64,000 bases of DNA from Leptolyngbyaceae cyanobacterium (GTDB taxonomy: Bacteria; Cyanobacteriota; Cyanobacteriia; Phormidesmidales; Phormidesmidaceae): NCBI GenBank assembly GCA_050331235.1, contig JBHJHA010000011.1, forward strand, positions 126,032-190,031, read 5' to 3'. Under the pieces are notes generated by a model. That model was not told the DNA's origin. It ran no database searches and was given only the letters and a program-made list of their open reading frames with translations. Below, in pieces: positions 60,034-64,000 of this stretch. Both the position numbers and the translations under genes were made by a program. Numbering within the stretch: the first letter of the stretch is position 1; the number at the start of each line of letters is the position of its first letter.

Positions 60034-61716
60034 CTAGCTATAACGGCTCTGGGAATCCGGTGACTTAGCCGCAAACTCCGGACAATAGCCCTCTGCGGCC
60101 ACTGGAAATCCATACATTGGTGACTCCGCATTGTTACAGCGTGGTTGCTGCCAATGACAACAGTTGTAGCAGCACTGCACCGCAGCACTCATCGTAGCCA
60201 AAGAGCTTGACTGCCGCATCAGGGATTGTTGACTCAAGCCTCGAACCACTAGATCATTGCCCTGCCAACGAATCTGGACTACACCAGTATCAGCGATACG
60301 ATTCCAACGGGGATCTTGTCTCAGCTCTGGTGGCAGGCTAATGAACATCCCCTCATCACTATCATCAATTTCTCCTTCAAAGATAGTTTCTGGGGCGGCG
60401 GGCTGTAAAAAGGTATCGCCAATAGGCAGAGCAACCGCCTGATTAGCAGAGGGCAGATGGACTTTGTAGCGGCTCTGCAGGTCTTCCAAATTGGCCAAAT
60501 CCGCCAGAAAATTTGGGGACCCATTAATAAACAAGAGATGATGCGGCCGTACATTGTGGATTAGCTGTGTCGTGCCAGCGCCATCACTATGGCTGCACAG
60601 CAAATAGGTGTCAATCAGCGCTTTACCCTCATCAAATTCCGGCCCTAGATGCTCCAACCATTCCAAGGTGGGCTGATAGTGCAATTCCTCATCTAAACCA
60701 GCATGAATGACCCGGCTAGCTAATTCATCGGGCAAAAAGATTCGCCAAGGGGTCTCTCCCCAGCGCACCAACTCACTCAGGTCAGCATCTTGGTAGCCAA
60801 CCACGATAGTGGGCTGGCCGGGCTCATGGGGCAATTTGTCCGGTAATCGCTGAATCCGCGGCAGGATGCGATCGTCCCAAAACAAGGGCTGATGACGCGC
60901 AAAATTCTGAACATTGCTAGGTAAATGGGGCAGCAGATTGAGGTAAACGTCACAGGCCTGGGCAATCCAGCCGTCGACCCAAACGGTAATATCTCGCCCG
61001 GTAAAATGATGGTGACTGCGCAAAAGCATCAATAGCTCTTGCCCTAGGCCCATCAGCGGCACCGGCAACACAATGTTATGGCCAGCTGCCAAGGCCTGAT
61101 TGATTTGATCAGCAAGCCGATTTTCCTGTTGGCGGCGATGGGGATATCGAGCTGTCCCTTGGCTGCCTTCAACAATGAGCGCGTCTGGCTTGAGGCCGCG
61201 CAGTTCATTTAACGGCAGCCCTTCCACCAGGCGCGAATTGGAAAGAAAGAAGCCACCTATATAAAAAACCTGATAGCTTCGCTCTGAGGCTGTATAGGTC
61301 ATCAGCACACAAGCCGCACCGGGCAGGTGACCCGCTGGCCAGAGCTTAGCAGTCAGACCAGGGGCCAGCTCTACAGAATGGCGCCAAGGCAGGCATTGGC
61401 AAAAATCTGCCCCGTTGGGCAATGGAGTCTCTGACCAATTTAGCGGCAACAGATCGGCTGTAGCTTCCGTACAGTAAATGGGCAACTCTGGCCAAGCGTG
61501 GTGTAGCTGCAATAGCGATCGCCCGTGCTCAGGAGCAGCATGGGTGCAAAAAACAAAATCTACGGGTGCCGCGCCATCTGACTCGACCTGTAATGCATCT
61601 AAAGCCGTGAGTCCGCAATCTAACAGCACACGGTAGGGGCCGATGCTTAGTCGTAAACAAACCCCTTCATCGGCGTGGCCAACACCGTAGGGAAAACACG
61701 ATAATACGCTCACCAA
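60034..61716 (-). CDS. MBL-fold beta-CASP family protein with degenerate metal motifs and a Cys-rich C-terminus
   Basis: LLDCG, THAAPEH, PAGHLPGA, IVEGS, LGQELL and SHSD; C-terminal CYNC..W...C...YC. Confidence 0.85.
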   Translation of the reverse strand: MVSVLSCFPYGVGHADEGVCLRLSIGPYRVLLDCGLTALDALQVESDGAAPVDFVFCTHAAPEHGRSLLQLHHAWPELPIYCTEATADLLPLNWSETPLPNGADFCQCLPWRHSVELAPGLTAKLWPAGHLPGAACVLMTYTASERSYQVFYIGGFFLSNSRLVEGLPLNELRGLKPDALIVEGSQGTARYPHRRQQENRLADQINQALAAGHNIVLPVPLMGLGQELLMLLRSHHHFTGRDITVWVDGWIAQACDVYLNLLPHLPSNVQNFARHQPLFWDDRILPRIQRLPDKLPHEPGQPTIVVGYQDADLSELVRWGETPWRIFLPDELASRVIHAGLDEELHYQPTLEWLEHLGPEFDEGKALIDTYLLCSHSDGAGTTQLIHNVRPHHLLFINGSPNFLADLANLEDLQSRYKVHLPSANQAVALPIGDTFLQPAAPETIFEGEIDDSDEGMFISLPPELRQDPRWNRIADTGVVQIRWQGNDLVVRGLSQQSLMRQSSSLATMSAAVQCCYNCCHWQQPRCNNAESPMYGFPVAAEGYCPEFAAKSPDSQSRYS

Positions 61717-61850
61717 CTTTTACCTGATGACCCGACAAGGAGTAGTACAAAGCTTGAGCTGAGCAGGATACAAAAAGAGCCTTCAGAGCTAGCGGCTCCG
61801 ACTGATTGCCGTATCCAGCTAAGTCAGATGAACTTTGCCAGCCCTAATCA

Positions 61851-61973
61851 CTAGTGAGCAGAGCCATTACCGTGGTAATTGTCAGTGTCATAAAAACCGT
61901 TGCGAGTGCCAAAGAAGAGACAGGCAACGACAAACACGCCGGTCAGTACTAGTAAGATTGCTTTGATATCCAT
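61851..61973 (-). CDS. ndhP: NDH-1 complex small subunit NdhP (40 aa)
   Basis: Manual translation MDIKAILLVLTGVFVVACLFFGTRNGFYDTDNYHGNGSAH*: one TM helix plus the diagnostic FFGTRNGFYDTD.YHGNGSAH tail. Below the ORF-track cutoff. Confidence 0.95.
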   Translation of the reverse strand: MDIKAILLVLTGVFVVACLFFGTRNGFYDTDNYHGNGSAH

Positions 61974-62311
61974 AAATTAAACGTCCACGTTAATTAAGCG
62001 ATCCTGCTGAGCAGGCTTTCAAAGAGGGAGGTTGCCAAACCATAGCAGCGGCTCTGACCCTTTGTATTTACTGTTCTTCATTAATCCTACCAACGCACTT
62101 TAGGGAATTCATGAAGCTTTACAAGTTGATCAGTTACTTTGGTCGCCCAATCACATGTATCACTTGAGTCCCATGGCATCACGCTGTTGAGCAATCAACG
62201 GAACTTGGTGAGGCAATCGTGGTCTGAGATAAAGCCGGGCAGCAAGGGCTGCCAAATGTTTATACACTTTTAATATGTGACGAGAACAACTAAGCCACCT
62301 GATTTGTAGCT

Positions 62312-62842
62312 ATGACATCACAGCCATCCGAGTCAACGGTGAAAGCAGAGACTTGCTTTGCCACCGGGCAACTCGCTTTTGAGCGGGGCAACTATCGAGA
62401 AGCCGTGGCCGCTTTTGAGGAGGGCAAGCAGCTAGCCGGTGGGGGCACGCTATTGGGCGGGAGCATACAGTTATGGCTGATGAATGCTTACTCAGCTGCT
62501 GGTCGCCATCAGGACGCGACCGCCCTAGGCGAAAAACTCAGTAAGCACCCCGATACCGAAGTGCGGAAACAGAGCCGCCGAGTCTTAGAAATTTTGCAAG
62601 CACCCCGCCTCAACCGGCGGGCTGACTGGTTGACGCCCATCCCGGACTTGAGTGAACTCGAAAACAGTCAGAAAAAGGATTTCACTATTCATAACTACTC
62701 GCCAAAACCAAAGTCCGGATCTAGCGTCGCTGTCCCTGAGCCAGAAGATTTAACTCAAATTAATACCCAAGATAATGGGTTTTTGTGGGCAGCGATCGCG
62801 GCTGTGCTACTGATGTTTGCCGGCCTCTGGTGGCTCGCGTAA
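62312..62842 (+). CDS. TPR-like hypothetical protein with C-terminal membrane anchor
   Basis: G..AFERGNYREAV, QLWL..AY.A.G and LQAPRL.R..DWL..IPDL, then a terminal hydrophobic helix. Confidence 0.8.
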   Translation: MTSQPSESTVKAETCFATGQLAFERGNYREAVAAFEEGKQLAGGGTLLGGSIQLWLMNAYSAAGRHQDATALGEKLSKHPDTEVRKQSRRVLEILQAPRLNRRADWLTPIPDLSELENSQKKDFTIHNYSPKPKSGSSVAVPEPEDLTQINTQDNGFLWAAIAAVLLMFAGLWWLA

Positions 62843-62867
62843 GCCTATATGCCGCAGTTGCCAAAAA

Positions 62868-63353
62868 TCACTTGGCCACCTTCAGACGTTCGGCTACTTG
62901 CTTAAGCCGCTGAAGCTGAGCTTCCATATCTTGTTTCGTCCAGGTGGCCGCAAAGGTGTTGAAGCCAAACGCCACTAACGGGTTATGGATCGTAAACTCA
63001 AATCGATTGACTAACTGAGTGCCGCCAGCATTGGGCTGACACTCCCAGCGATCGCGGCCGACAAAAAAGCCCTTAAAGGCCCAAACAATCAGTCCCGGAC
63101 GTCGCTCGACCACGGTGCTCACTAGCGTTGGCTCCAGTAGAGGAACCTGCACCACAAAGCGGCTCTTGCCCCCTAGCTCTGTATTCCAAGTTTCTCCCCA
63201 GGGCTCGCAGCGCAGCGCCGGATTTAGCCACTGATGCATGAGCCCACGATCGGTGATGCAATGCTCTACCAACGTTGCACTCGTTGCAATCTGAATGGAT
63301 TGCTCAAATACCTGAGTCGCATTTGCCATCACCCCACCCGCACTCACAGTCAA
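62868..63353 (-). CDS. SRPBCC/START-like family protein
   Basis: FEQSIQI, MHQWLNPALRCEP, PGLIVW.F.GFF.GRDRWEC and NRFEF...DM..QL.RLK. Confidence 0.88.
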   Translation of the reverse strand: MTVSAGGVMANATQVFEQSIQIATSATLVEHCITDRGLMHQWLNPALRCEPWGETWNTELGGKSRFVVQVPLLEPTLVSTVVERRPGLIVWAFKGFFVGRDRWECQPNAGGTQLVNRFEFTIHNPLVAFGFNTFAATWTKQDMEAQLQRLKQVAERLKVAK

Positions 63354-64000
63354 ATACGCCTCTCAATATAAAAGATTGCATCGTGATCGAGCAGCGCTAC
63401 CCAGCTGCAAGCTGTCGCCATTGGGAACGCACTAAACCTTGATGACAACTCAAGTGGTTAGCAACTCAGAAAGATTGCGGAAACGAGCATGAAGCAATGT
63501 GGTTGCAGCGTCCTTTGACATGTGAACATCAGCGCTTGAGATCAGTGATCTAGTCACTGGATTGCGATGTCGACTTCTGAAGGAATATCTGTCTAAAGGG
63601 TTCTCTGAACTGACTTACTGAGTTCGCAAATCGTGAGGTGCAATCAGGTCAACGTCATTCAAACGAGTTATGGCCGCCGTCATCAACAGGTTGTTGGCCA
63701 CTAATTTGGGTAGTCAAGTATCCCCGTCGAGGCGGATTGTTAACTAATTGCTCAAATGTAGTCTGACAAACCCTAAAAAAAATTTGCGAGGGTTGTATTA
63801 ATAGTGATTTCACGCAAATATAGCTGCAAGAGCGAACTCGACGGCCTCTGGGTCAATCAGATGATGATTTGTGGCCCAAAACGACTCGAACTAGCCCCAA
63901 ATTCGTAATCTCAGAAACCATGACAGTCAGTCTCAACTTTTTACATGTACACCCATGGTTGACACCCCCTGTGGAGATGCCGAGGTCCCATGCACAGGTC

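Noticed and set aside
63920..64000. Open frame starting at an ATG near the right edge
   Set aside because: Only 27 codons are visible and they cannot be identified.

Overview
A mostly chromosomal 64 kb window from a cyanobacterium. The HIP1 octamer GCGATCGC recurs throughout, and pilMNOQ, hpsNOP-type glycosyltransferases and ndhP suggest a filamentous, probably motile strain (inference). From left to right it holds: a persulfide/sulfur-handling module (TauE, rhodanese-DUF2892, persulfide dioxygenase, Cys-bearing ArsR); pfkB; tRNA-Arg(TCT); ppk2; a universal stress protein; an alanine/glycine:cation symporter; small detoxification-type genes and decayed gene remnants; arsC; cobD; HU; pilQONM; purT; a sugar-binding protein; a cyanate module (PAS histidine kinase and AraC response regulator next to cynABDS and a DUF1348/SnoaL gene); an M48 peptidase; an NMT1-type ABC transporter with a CodA-like deaminase; gshB; a sulfotransferase; a mutY-Nudix fusion; a GH57 hydrolase; hpsN, hpsO and a frameshifted hpsP; recJ; a degenerate beta-CASP protein; ndhP; and an SRPBCC gene. 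I saw no CRISPR array, rRNA, integrase or transposase. The best candidate for an undescribed system is the cyanate locus (29359-36712). It has a dedicated cytoplasmic two-component pair, a candidate direct-repeat operator and NtcA box, and a CynA with an extra ~138-aa Cys/His-bearing N-terminal domain ahead of its export signal. All family calls come from motif recognition by eye; no database searches were run.
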